From Syncephalis fuscata S228 (Eukaryota > Fungi > Zoopagomycota): a DNA stretch of 64,000 nucleotides. The stretch lies in NCBI GenBank assembly GCA_025786725.1, contig JAHLTZ010000002.1, positions 434,001 through 498,000 on the forward strand. The letters run 5' to 3'. How positions within the stretch are numbered: position 1 is the stretch's first letter; each line of letters opens with the position of its first letter. Positions 40,393 through 52,423 of the stretch are shown here, one piece after another. A program made the translations under genes and the position numbers. The notes beneath the pieces were generated by a model. The model did no database searches. It was not told the DNA's origin and saw nothing but the letters and a program-made list of their open reading frames with translations.

Positions 40393-41235
40393 TTATAGCT
40401 TACTAACTCGAATCCAATCAATATCCATGTTCATTTCCTTGACATCCAACGGTGCCTTGGAGCCGAATCCCGGTTCAACTGCCAAATTGATGATAAGATA
40501 GAATGGCTTGTCGTATGGCCATTCGTATGGCGTGACCGTCGTTGGCGGTGTGTAGCTACCATACATTTTATTGTCTAGCAAGAATTCAGCCCTGCCTTGC
40601 TTCCAAACAACCGAGTAAGTATGCCATTGGCTAGGATCATTACCTTCTGCCCAGAATGACTGAGCATTGTTGCCGTGATACTTGGCAAAATGAAGCGATC
40701 CTGGAGTACGGAACTGTTCGGGCTGGAACTTCTTGCGCCAGATGGATTGATATTCAGCAATGTCAATCTCGCCACTCCATGGCCAAGGGCCATAAGGATC
40801 GCCCTGAGGCATCATCCAAACGGCGGGGAATGCACCGTCAGTAATTGGCATGCGAACACGAACGTCAACACGGCCATAAGTGAAGCTGAACTTGCCACGG
40901 GTCGTAATTTTGCTAGAAGCCCAACGGTCACCGTTAGTGCGTTTGGCAGTAATTCGTAAGTATTTTCCTTCGAAGCCTGGTGTTATGCTGTTGGCATCGT
41001 ACACTTGATGTTCGTCATTGCCCCAGCCACAGATGCCAATATTGCAGCCGTCGCCCAAGTCAAATCCCCAAACATTAGTGTTCAGTGTGTTGGAGTTAAA
41101 ATTGTCTTCAAAAATTACGGAAGATGTAAGGTTTTTAGAACGAGCTGTGGCAGCCATCACCTGCCATGGAGTAGTAATCATGGCCAGAACGGCAGCAGCA
41201 GAAACGCCGAGGCGCCCCAAAGATGTATTTAGCAT
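40393..41235 (-). CDS. Secreted GH16 beta-1,3-glucanase (laminarinase-like), intronless
   Basis: Catalytic EIDIAE, WGNDEHQVY, FPAVWMMP, PYDKPFYLIINLAV; N-terminal signal-like segment. Confidence 0.92.
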   Translation of the reverse strand: MLNTSLGRLGVSAAAVLAMITTPWQVMAATARSKNLTSSVIFEDNFNSNTLNTNVWGFDLGDGCNIGICGWGNDEHQVYDANSITPGFEGKYLRITAKRTNGDRWASSKITTRGKFSFTYGRVDVRVRMPITDGAFPAVWMMPQGDPYGPWPWSGEIDIAEYQSIWRKKFQPEQFRTPGSLHFAKYHGNNAQSFWAEGNDPSQWHTYSVVWKQGRAEFLLDNKMYGSYTPPTTVTPYEWPYDKPFYLIINLAVEPGFGSKAPLDVKEMNMDIDWIRVSKL

Positions 41236-42205
41236 CGTTTTTTTGAAAGTAGTGCAGACAATGGTATAGCGTTAATGTTCGTGAAATAATAACTTGCAAA
41301 TGCGTAGTTGTTAATAAATCGACAAACGTAAAAAGTATAGCAATCTTAGCTGCTTGGATGAGCGATAGGACATCATTTATAATAGGTATTTTACTCACAT
41401 TGCTACTGATGTGTTTTACATATTTCTGCACGTACTACTTGATTACGTGTTGTATCAACCTTAGTATTAAGGGGGTAATGGAAGTGATAGCAATAATTGT
41501 CGTTACATTATGTTACAGAATGTCAGTTTGCAATAGCCGAACAAACTATTGAACACCCGTAAAACATAGAAATCTTTATGGATCACACTATTAGAAGATG
41601 TATTAGCCACACGTTCCATTCAAAGTACAACCACCAGTGCGCAATTACCCCAACAGAAAGTAATAATAAAACGTGAATTAATGTATCCATATATATACAT
41701 TCAGTAATACGAATAAAGGCCATTTATAGTGACCTATTTCCGATATGTATAGTCATTACCTATAATACCAATACATGAAACGGCATGGTTACATTGCAAA
41801 TTAAATATTACCATTTTCTTTACTCGTGTTTTAATTTGTGTAATAGTTCAGTTAGAGTACTACATGGACACGTTAGTAGCAATCACAAAGGGGCCTCTAT
41901 TACCGCTTTTTGTTCTAGTTAAATCAGAAAAAGGAGATAATAGTAGCTAAGGGGTGTATCAAATACTTCAAACGATCTTCTTTCTTTACAGCTGTGGTTT
42001 GGATACCGTTTGCAATTGACTTGCCGGTATCGGTTTTCAATGCAAGGGTCGAAAAGGAGACAGTGCGATAATGTCATTACACGATATCATAAATAATTGC
42101 TAGCTAATATTTATTATTTCTGAACTGTTCGACCTGCCAATGGTCCCAGTTTACTCTGTTACTTTTAATATTAAATTTTCATCATTGGCAAAACAAGCTT
42201 GTAAA

Positions 42206-43110
42206 ATGCGTGTATATGTTATTTTGGTAACACTGGCACTTGTAGCTGCAATTTCCGAGGTTAATGGAGCTTATGTAAAAAGAGCGACCTAACAAGTAAC
42301 GTCGAAAAAGATGCTGGTGTTACGAAAAAAAGTCCCGTATCTACCAATATCTTTCCAAAAGCCAAAAATCCTGCAGTTCAAGACAATGCCATCATTCGTG
42401 CCAACACTCTGATCGCAATAGATTCATCTGTCAATGAAATTCAAAAATACCTAGACGTCAGACTTTCTCAAATAGCATGGAACGATTTGAAAAAGCCACT
42501 GATGGATTCAATCATTGCTGCTTTGGATACGGAAATTCCAAAGACGATAGAATCAAGCAATCCAGAGCTTGCCAAAACGCTAAAAGGACTTACAAAAGTA
42601 GAAAAAGAGGCTATTGCCCAAGTGACTGCTAGTGCTTTATTGGACTACGTAAAAGCAATTCGCAATGCTTTCAGCGATGCACTTACTAATATTCTTACAA
42701 AGGATATACCGCAGTTGTTTGGCGCTTTACTCCAGGAAGTTCGAACAGGAACTCCAATTAATCGAGCTGTAAAAAAGCTAAAAAATGCACTGATTGCTGC
42801 AGTCCGTCAAGGAGTCAGTATGGCAATCGACAGTATTGAGGCTGCGTTTAACAATCTTGCGCCTGATGGCTTTTTCGATGCTTTAACCAATGCAATCGAA
42901 ACACTGCTTCCGGGTCTGGCCTCTTCCTTCACCTCAGTAGAGGGTGTTCTTCGACCGATTCTTACAAAGATTGTCAGTGGACTAATTGCAAAAGTCTTTG
43001 ATTTAATACGTTCAAACATTGGTGCAGATGTTGCTGATATCGACATAGAAGAAATATTTTCGAATACAGTCCGAATGATTGAGGGATTTAACAAGGGAAT
43101 GCTTCCATAA
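42206..43110 (+). CDS. Secreted helical protein, probable distant member E of the 13.9-19.5 kb family
   Basis: Signal MRVYVILVTLALVAAISEVNG followed by KR; frameshift near 42290; Cys-free amphipathic helices. Confidence 0.65.
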
Positions 43111-43876
43111 CCGTTTTCTGTTTGAGATATTTTGATATATGTTAATGTAATAAAAAACATTACACTTGATTTTTTTGAATCAATTTGCTTATTGATTTTA
43201 ACCTGTAATCAAAACAGCTAACGAATAGTTGGTTTGAGTAAATATAGACATCAAACCAATGCTGTGCACCAGTGCCCTCGAACTCTACATGTGCAAAGTC
43301 TACAAACATGCCTCAGGCATGGTAGCTGCAGAACAGTACCGGTGTCGCATGCATATTGGTTGCAGTAATTGTGACTTGCTCTTGTAATAGCCATTTATAT
43401 TGCTACGGAATATTATTGATACGATAATCCACATGTTGTAACTGCATGCAGGCTGGAAGTCGATGGAAAAAGAAGTTCCAGGGAACTCGAAGGGACCAAT
43501 TGCCTCTATAGGGTGCAAAGGGCTTCATTATCCAACCGCGTAAAATAAACAGACACTAGCTGGACATGCGAATGCTGCATTAGTGTCACCATATATCAGA
43601 GCTTTCCTTTAGCATGCGACAATGATTCCTATGCTTCTACCTGGTGGCGGGCCTGCATTGCCTGCAGCTAATGGCCTATACATACTGTATGTCCATCAGC
43701 AGTTGCTGCGGGCGACCATGTGTTCCACATTCGAAGGATTAATGGATTAAATCAAATCTGTACTACCCAAAATCAGCGGATTTAGTTATATAGATGATTT
43801 GCAGCATTTTATATTCCGTTAACGCATCCATTTTTATTTATTAGCGTTTTGATTTTAAATAGAAAAGTACTATTCA

Positions 43877-44880
43877 ATGATTATTTCATTAAATGCAACC
43901 CGCGGTGGCTATGATACATTGCCGTCTCAAACACCAAGTGTTACCTCGAATCTATCTGATCCAATAATCATAGCATCTGACATAGCGTCGATAGCAGGTC
44001 AACGATCCGATCAACGAGCCCGTTACAGCAGTGACGCGGTCCAATTGCTATTTTTTTGGCTAGCCTTTATTTTATTCAGTCGTAGCTCGTATATTACAGC
44101 TCAGATCACTAGAAAAAATCCAAACTCGATGGTTGGCTGGTGCTTATTTATGCAATCATTGGCCGGTATTCCCCCTAGCTTGTGTCGCATTTTAATGGCT
44201 CTATTTAACCAGCCAGACTGTCTATTTTTTTGTTTGACCGGTGCTGTAGGCCTTTGCATATCCAGTTATGTGTATCTATTATTTTGGCATGGAGAGCCCA
44301 TCTTGTTTATAATCGAAGTGTAGGATTGCTTGTTTTGGGTGGACTATTAATGCTACCCGAGCCATTTTTCGGCATTGCATTCTGGTATAAGACACAAGTT
44401 ATTCAGACAAATCACACATCATGTGAACTGATCTATCCTTCTTGGCTGCCATGGCTCCGCCTGGCCATTGATGTGCCGTTCAACGTGGTTTTCTCGGCAA
44501 TATTTCTTTTCGTCGTGCTACGACAATACCAAAAATATGGCGGCAAAATTTGGAAGCGACTACAGCAGAAAGGATTTATTTGTCTGTTTGCGCTTCTGGC
44601 CACCAATACATTCACGCTGTTGATGACTGGATATCTACTTAAAGAGCATTCAATAATCATTTGGGTGCTAGATTGTGAGTTGCTGCTTTATAGCTATCTT
44701 TCTATTACTGACTGTCTATTTATTCATTTGTAGGGATTATCACCAATCAAATTCTTTTGTTTCAACATCAAGATACAAATCATCCCGATTTACAAGAATT
44801 TAATCGTAAACGATGCCATAAACACAAACGCAACTGCCGTTCAATAAGAAGAGAAGAGGCTATAACACAGCCCATTGATA
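43877..44880 (+). CDS. Multi-pass (about 7 TM, GPCR-like) membrane protein
   Basis: Six to seven hydrophobic segments across ORFs 43877 and 44230 (frameshift at ~44265); extracellular Cys residues; intron ~44675-44733. Confidence 0.6.
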
Positions 44881-45628
44881 CTTTAATCATTGAAATTTAA
44901 ACCATGTAGCATACTAAAGATGGGGATATACATTTATCTAGTCCACTAATCAAGTTTTACAGTTTGCTATTTTCTTAGCAATATTTTGTATAATTGCAAT
45001 TAAATTACAATCAATATCTTGATTTCATTTCAAAATTTAACAACCTTTACAAATTCAATCGCTAAAACTACCAATATGTAAAGATAATTATCTTTATTGT
45101 TAACCAAAATTATTACGTTGTGTCACATGATGATTTAATAGGAAATTATCCATTTAGGTAATAGTTTACAATCTATTGTCTTTTTTATCTTTAAAAAATA
45201 TGTTCAAATAAACACAAACAAACCTTATAAAATGAATTCAACATAGCAAGATTAGAATGATGGCGTATTTTAGTACTGCCGCTCTCCCCCTTATTATCGA
45301 TTGTGCTGTGCCCCTTTTTAGTACATTTAAACGTACAGAATGGTCTGAGCGTACACCATAAAGCATAAAGCGCACGATGCTCTCCTTTTCGGACTGCCCC
45401 TGGTTATGCCAAGGATACTATCGGTTTTGCGGTGACAAAAGTTAAACACCGCCAGTATCCTTGGAGTTGACAACATTGCTGCTCTCCTTTTAGGCGTCAC
45501 TACTGCTCATTGATGGCTGTAGAATACCTTTAAAAACTGCACACCAATGAAAAAGGTATGTTCTTCTGATATATCCTTTATTTTTGTGCAATTTCTACTG
45601 CTTGTTTGGTTACCTTTCTAATTATATC

Positions 45629-46830
45629 ATGGCGCCACACGCTGAAGAGAAACATGTAAAGCAATCGCACCAGGAAGTTCGTTCCAAATCCTATCGCAAC
45701 AAGTCACGTAAAAGTGGCAAATACAGCACAGGCTATGGCGGTGATGTCAGATTTGGTAGTGGCTGGCTGGCGGGTGTAATAGCTGTAGCCGCTGTAGCAA
45801 GTCTGTATTGTGCACCGCTTCTAGATAGCGGACTTCGCTATGCAGCCCGATCTTTCTTGGAACTAAAAGAAGATCCTATACTAAAGATGAATCAAGTACA
45901 GCAGCCTATGGTACAAGAGAAGCAGGAGAAACAGGAGGAGCCCACGGGCTATGTTTGCAAGCATGGATACACTATAAAAATATTAAGTCAAGATCCGTTT
46001 ATTGTTTATCTCAAAGATTTCCTGCAGGAAGGAGAGGCAGAGCATATTAAATCGCTCGCGTAAGTAGACTAGCTTTACTATAAAACTGTAGTGAATTTAC
46101 CATATTTTTTAGAGAGCCATTTCTTTATCGTTCACCAGTAGGACATCAAAACGGCTACTCTGACCATCGCACGTCCTATACAGCATCCTTACATAAAGCT
46201 CAAACAGACATCGTTCGCTGTGTCGAAGAGCGTGCATCACACTTTATCGACACGCCTTGGGAAAGTATCGAATCGCTACAGGTAGTTAGATATGATGTTG
46301 GCCAGCAGTACAAAATACATCGTGATTACATTACAACAGATCAATTGGAGACAGACTACTGGGGCCAATTTGGACAACGATATGCATCTTTTTTATATAT
46401 CTCCAAGAGCCAGAAAGTGGCGGTAATACCACCTTCTACGATGCTGGCATTAGCGTTCCTCCAAAGAAAAATGACGGAGGTAGGATAATGAATCATTTTA
46501 TTGCAATCATTCAATTAACACATAACATTTAGTATTCTGGTTAAACGTAAACGCAGATGGCGAAGAAGATATAAAGTAGGCAAACAAGACTAGCTTTAGC
46601 AGTATGCGCTAACTATTTTATTTACATCTAGAACCAATCATGCTGGAGAACCAGTGCTATCCGGACAGAAATGGGCTATTAACATCTGGCCACACAAGTG
46701 GACGGATCAATTCAGAAAAGTATTCCAATGGAAAGGATGGTCGCAGAGGAGCCGGCACCAAAACGCTACTATGCCACCGATAAAGCCGAGCCCACCTACG
46801 TCGCATAAGCTTCAGCATGTTTGCAATTAG
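45629..46830 (+). CDS. Prolyl 4-hydroxylase-like, copy 6 (3 introns)
   Basis: TM anchor; LQVVRYDVGQQYKIHRDY, GQRYASF, FWLN, TNHAGEPVLSGQKWAINIW; introns ~46060-46112, ~46480-46532, ~46576-46631. Confidence 0.85.
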
Positions 46831-47315
46831 TGATTTAAATACATAACACGCTATCGCTTGTTTTTCTACCGCGAGTAATGCAGATAGTCGATAAACATCT
46901 TTAAGAAAGCATTCCTACTAACAAAAGTATTATTGTATACTGTAGTATATCGGCACTTAACGGATCTATTGCAATCCAATATTTATTGATCATCACTACT
47001 ACATGTACTCGTGTTCTTTCATTAGTGTGTAAAATGAATTTATTGATTCAGTCTTTAGTAAAACAAACAAACAAATATAGTCCCAACCTTCATTACTGTG
47101 GCTCTATAATTCATAAAATAGCCCAATTAGTCACTCTGAGCGTACTACAAAGGCAATCCAACATATTTGTACACTCTTAAGCATTTCTCCTCCATGACTC
47201 ACTCTTTCGCTCTTCTCCCCTTTTCTATCCATACTCCATCCATCCAGTTTCCCTATTTAACTAGCCATTTTTTTTGCACATTTTGGCTTGGTGATTTGAT
47301 CATTGAATAGTAAAT

Positions 47316-49328
47316 ATGCTCTGTTCAAGTAAGTACATAGCGAATGGTGAATCCTGCTGCTTTCTGTATATATTTCGACAATATCGTCGTATAGTAAGAC
47401 GTATTGGCGAAGAAACGCGCTTCAAAGCGTAGATTACTGAACAAATGTAATCACGCGTAGTCGCAACGTTGTTTTTGCAAGAAAACTCGTTGATCGGTGA
47501 CGCTACACTCGGTCTTGTATGTCCAAGGCCGGCTAATGGAGTAGCAAGACTTGGATCTATGCCACAGCTATATGATTGTCGCTCTAACGAGTTTGCGTTT
47601 TGTTTTGTCTTTCAGTTTCTGGAGAAACGCCGCAGGAACCAGTGGTAGTCAAAACCTCAGGACTTGTATTCGAGCATCGCTTGATTGCAAAATACATTGC
47701 GGAGCATGGTAAATGTCCAGTAACCGGAGAGGCTTTGTCCGAGAAGGATCTGGTTGAAGTAAAGACAGGTAAGTTGCATCTACTGCGCGCGCGAAATTAT
47801 AAACGTCATCGATTGACACGCCACATATAGTGCCCAAGATCGTTAAGCCACGCCCACCCACACTTGCGTCGCTACCTTCATTACTGGCCACATTCCAGAA
47901 TGAGTGGGATAGCTTGATGCTGGAGACGTTTTCATTGAAGCAACAATACCAACAGGTGCGTCAAGAGCTGAGTCAAGCGCTATACCAGCACGATGCGGCC
48001 TGCAGAGTCATTGCTCGCCTTGTGAAAGAACGAGACGCAGCACGCAAGTAAGTTTTATAACTAGATAGGCTATTATGCAGTATACTAATACAGCCGTTAA
48101 TACAATAGTGCAATTGCAACACTGCAAATGCAAGTGGGCAGTGCACCAGCTCAGTCAGGCGCTATGGACATGGACGTGGACCAGCAAGAAACGAAGGTCA
48201 AGGCGGAGCAAGAACCAGAAGAAAATGGCGAAGGCTTTTCTTCAGAAGTGATATCAGTACTAGACTCTACCGCCAAGGAGTAAGTGATTGTTGAGTCAAT
48301 AGCATGCCAATAATACTAAATATACCATCTACTACACTTATAGCTTGTCGAAGCAGCGCAAAAAACGTAAGCCAGGTCCTGGAGTTGCTACGCCAGACCA
48401 AGTACGCGAATACAAGGTGGCCAACACTGTTCCATCGATCCACTCTAGCACCTCGCCAGACGTTACCTGCATGGCTTCACGTGACCAACTACTGCTGACA
48501 GGAGGTGTAGATAAGCACGTTTGTATTTATCATCAAGAAGAAGGCAAGGTAGTGGCAACGTTGAAGGGCCACACCAAGCGAGTGAACGATGTGGCGTTCT
48601 TTGGTGGCCAAGATGCTAGTGGTATGCAGGATGGCGAACTTGATTTATCACTAGGTGTGGTGAGTGGTGCTGCCGATAAGGTAGTTCGCATCTGGAAGCA
48701 GAATAAGCCTGGTGTATTCAAAAGCCATTTGGTCAAAGACCATAAGGATGAGGTGACAGGTGTTTCCGTACATCCTAGTCAGCAATATGTGGCCACAGCT
48801 AGTTTGGACTCTACTTGGACGTTCACCGATTTAAATACATGCAAATCATTGATGGCAATAACGAGTGATGATGTGCAAAGCGGCTACTCTGCCATTCGTT
48901 TCCATCCTGATGGTCTGATTCTAGCCACCGGCACGGTTGATGCAATGATACGCATTTGGGATGTTAAGTCACGAAAGAATGTGGCCAACTTTGCCGGACA
49001 CCAAGGATCGGTAGGCTCACTAGCCTTTTCCGAGAATGGATATGTATTGGCTAGCGCGGATACGGCCCAGTCTGTAGTGAAGCTATGGGATCTGCGCAAA
49101 TTGGATAACTATGCTACCATTGAACTACCAGACGGCTATAAGGTAAATACACTGTCTTGGGATTACAGTGGACAATACCTTGGCGTAGGCGGCACAGATA
49201 CGCGCATCTATCAGAACAAGACATGGGCACAACTCGGTGTTTGGGACGTAGCAACTCAGCGATTGGCTATCAATGAGCGTAATGTCGATGCTGTAGCATC
49301 AGGAGGCGAGATTGTTAGAATAGAATAA
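47316..49328 (+). CDS. PRP19: Pre-mRNA-processing factor 19 (U-box, coiled coil, WD40)
   Basis: [15 protein letters not shown]...CPVTGE; [26 protein letters not shown]...[19 protein letters not shown]; WD40 repeats. Confidence 0.95.
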
Positions 49329-50011
49329 TGGCGGTTATAATAAAGATCCAAGTAGGCGTGTTTTTAGCTATTTGGCTGTTATTTTTTATTTATATCCCAT
49401 GGCCAGCTGTTATTCTACAATGAACATGAAGTTTAATATATCAAATAAACCCAGCTACTGTTATATATAACAGCTTTACGATTGTTACTAAAATCAGTGC
49501 AGTTTGCCTAATTTTAAATATATTGTAATTAATAAAATTGACTTTACTAAATAATTTTATAGGGGATTTTGGAAAATACACCAGTTTTGAATTTTATTTA
49601 GATTCATGCATATATACATACCAACTTTAACACCGTTATTCATATATTTTCTATTGTATAATCATTCAAGTTCACGTTATTGTATGTTTATTAGTTATAA
49701 TTTATTACTAAAAGTTGTTTATTTATTGTTAGCTATATTTTTTTGCAGATTTCAACTCAGTTCATTTAAACATACACACTTTATTACTAATATTCATGCG
49801 CTTTTGGCCATTATTTAATTCATATTATTTTTATAAGCTTAAAGCTATATATACAGTATAATAGTAAATAAAGCGCGCAATATAATGTTGAGAACGTATT
49901 CTGCTTTGGTCAATCTTTAACAATGGACATATTGCGCTGTAATAATAATAATAATTAATCAAAGTGTTATTTTCGCTCTTTTTTTTATCTGTTCAATTCA
50001 ACCGTACGAAT

Positions 50012-51836
50012 ATGGCGGTTTTACCCAAGGACACCACGTCCAACATAGAGGACTTTAATAAGCAGTTTCCTGGACGTGAGCAAGAGATTGACCAGCTCTA
50101 TTCATTACTTGGAAAGGTAAGCTATACAATTATATGGTCATGTTACTATTACGCTCGTTACTACAGCTTAATGGTCACTATTGTTGTTATATTAATACTC
50201 GTTGCTTATAGCCAGATAATCCGTTACCGCCCGTGATATTCATTAACGGCAAGTCAGCCACCGGTAAAACTTGCGTAGTACGCGCATTTGTCGAACAATT
50301 ACCGCGAAAGCATTGGGCGTATATCAACGCTGTCGATCGTTTTTCACCTCGACTTTTATTTGAAGACGCGCTTAATCAATTTTCAAACACACGGCCTACT
50401 TTTCGTGATGGTGTTTGTCATGGCTATGCACGCTGCGACACAGAGGCCGATTTCATACAGCATTTGCGCAGTTTATTTACCGAAACTTTATTTAATACTT
50501 CACTTGATGAACATCGGCGTGTTTTGGTTAGTTATTCGTCGATGCAAAGTAACAACTTACTTATAGCAGATCAATTGTAGGTAATTGATCGTGCAGAGAG
50601 ATTAAGAGATATGGCGCCTTCATTGCTGGCTTCATTATTGCGATTGGCTGAATTAGTAAGTATATATATAGTTTGTATTTATCAATAATTAATCTGCTAC
50701 TATTGCTACTACAATCTAGACAGAGGCAAATATCAGTGTTATATTGATATCATCTGTCATATGGGATAAATTCCGAGTACGTGCTGGCAGTTTAGAGCCA
50801 ATCCAGATCCACTTTCGAGACTATACAAAGCATATCCTTTATCTGCCTGTCATTATACTGTATTGTATATATTATTCTTTAACTTTGGCGTACAGGACAT
50901 GCTGTTAATTATCGCTAAAGATCGTCCGGCCGGTGAAGAAAATGCAGCGTTCTTTCTAGCATTTGCTAGTACTGTATACGATATTTTCCATCAAAACTGC
51001 AAAGATCTTAACGAACTACGCTACTTGGTGGCCATGATATTCCCCACTTATGCTCAGCCCGTTTATGATGGTCTTGGTAAGCAAATTATATTGAATTGAT
51101 ACTATATATTGTGGCTTATACAATGATCTAGTTCAACGTCATGAGACGTATAAGCTATTTCGAATGACTGAAACACATTTTGCCAGAGCAGCTGATAAAT
51201 TGTATTTACGCGATATATCAAGTGCCGAATGGGCGGCTGCCCGTAAAAACGACCAAGATGTACAAGAGCAAGATGTGGCCGGTAATTGGACAATTTCTAT
51301 TTGAATGCACAATAATACTAATCTATTACTCAATAGGACATGTCGAACTCCCTTATTATAGCAAATTTCTATTAATTGCCTCGTTTCTTGCATCTTATAA
51401 TCCTCCACGCATGGATACACGTTACTTTACACGACATGGTGATCAAGATGATCGCCGTAAACGACGCAAAAATGCGCCCATCAGTAAAGCAAAGGTGGTA
51501 AGTGTACACTGTCATAGTAAATTACAGTTACTAGATATTTATTAAACATTAAATATTAATGAATAGACACGGCAACAATTGCTAGGGCCAAAAGTATTTC
51601 CAATTGAACGAATGCTTGCCATATTCTATAGCATTATTACCGATGATGTCACTTTCTCGCAAGATATTCAATCACAAGTAACATCACTTATTACGCTACG
51701 ATTATTGACGCGTGTCTCGCCGGCCGACCGTCTAGACGATATACGCTGCCGATGTAATGTCAGCTATGAATTTATTCGTAAAGTGGCGTATAGTGTTCGT
51801 TTTGAAATTGACCATTATTTGTTTGAATTTTCCTAA
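50012..51836 (+). CDS. ORC5: Origin recognition complex subunit 5
   Basis: [72 protein letters not shown]. Confidence 0.93.
50832..50893 (+). other. U12-type AT-AC intron in ORC5
   Basis: 5' splice site ATATCCTTT, branch site TTCTTTAAC, 3' AC; removal gives [16 protein letters not shown] in frame. Confidence 0.88.
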
Positions 51837-52154
51837 TCTATTGACATTCATTATTGGATCAGTTTTCTTCATTTACCGCTACTAGTGCTTTCCAGCTTGC
51901 ATGTTAAATATTTGAATATACACAATTGCCTATTACAACAACTCATCGAACAAACAAATAACAAATAAATAAATGAAAGAAACGCGTACATAATGAGAAA
52001 ATCCTAGGTTATTTTTATCAATCGTTTAAATGTGCACCATATCAATTCAAATACTAAGCAAAGCAAAACCACAAGAAATAATGCTGATTGCTTACAGCGG
52101 TATTTATGATATCAATGATTGGCGCATAGTTGATTAGATATGGTGTTGTTTAGA

Positions 52155-52423
52155 TTAGTGAGGAGCGCTGGCCTTGCGTTTGGCGGCTATGACATAGTAC
52201 AGTGTTAGCATTGCATTGATCATAACGAACGCGTCGATATTAAATAGCACTAGGGCTACTTACCTTCTGGATTACGTGGATCACTGGCAAATGGCTCAAC
52301 GTTCATCAAAGTGTTTTGGGCCTTGCCAAACAAGTAGAGTGAAACGGCACCACCAACGGCAAATGGCCAAGCCGTCTTCATGATCGGTACATTGAATTTA
52401 CGAAGACCGGAAAAGAGCTGCAT
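52155..52423 (-). CDS. ATP18: Mitochondrial ATP synthase subunit i/j
   Basis: MQLFSGLRKFNVPIMKTAWPFAVGG...FASDPRNP; one intron. Confidence 0.88.

Noticed and set aside
45270-45495. U6atac or U11 snRNA gene (AAAGGAGAG and AAAAAGGG words on the minus strand)
   Set aside because: The downstream conserved snRNA sequence and an Sm site are not recognisable, and the words are repeated like a DNA motif. An Infernal search is needed to exclude it fully.
45571-45628. ATATCCTTT as a third U12 donor
   Set aside because: Lies upstream of the ATG with no matching branch site and acceptor, and there is no reading-frame test.
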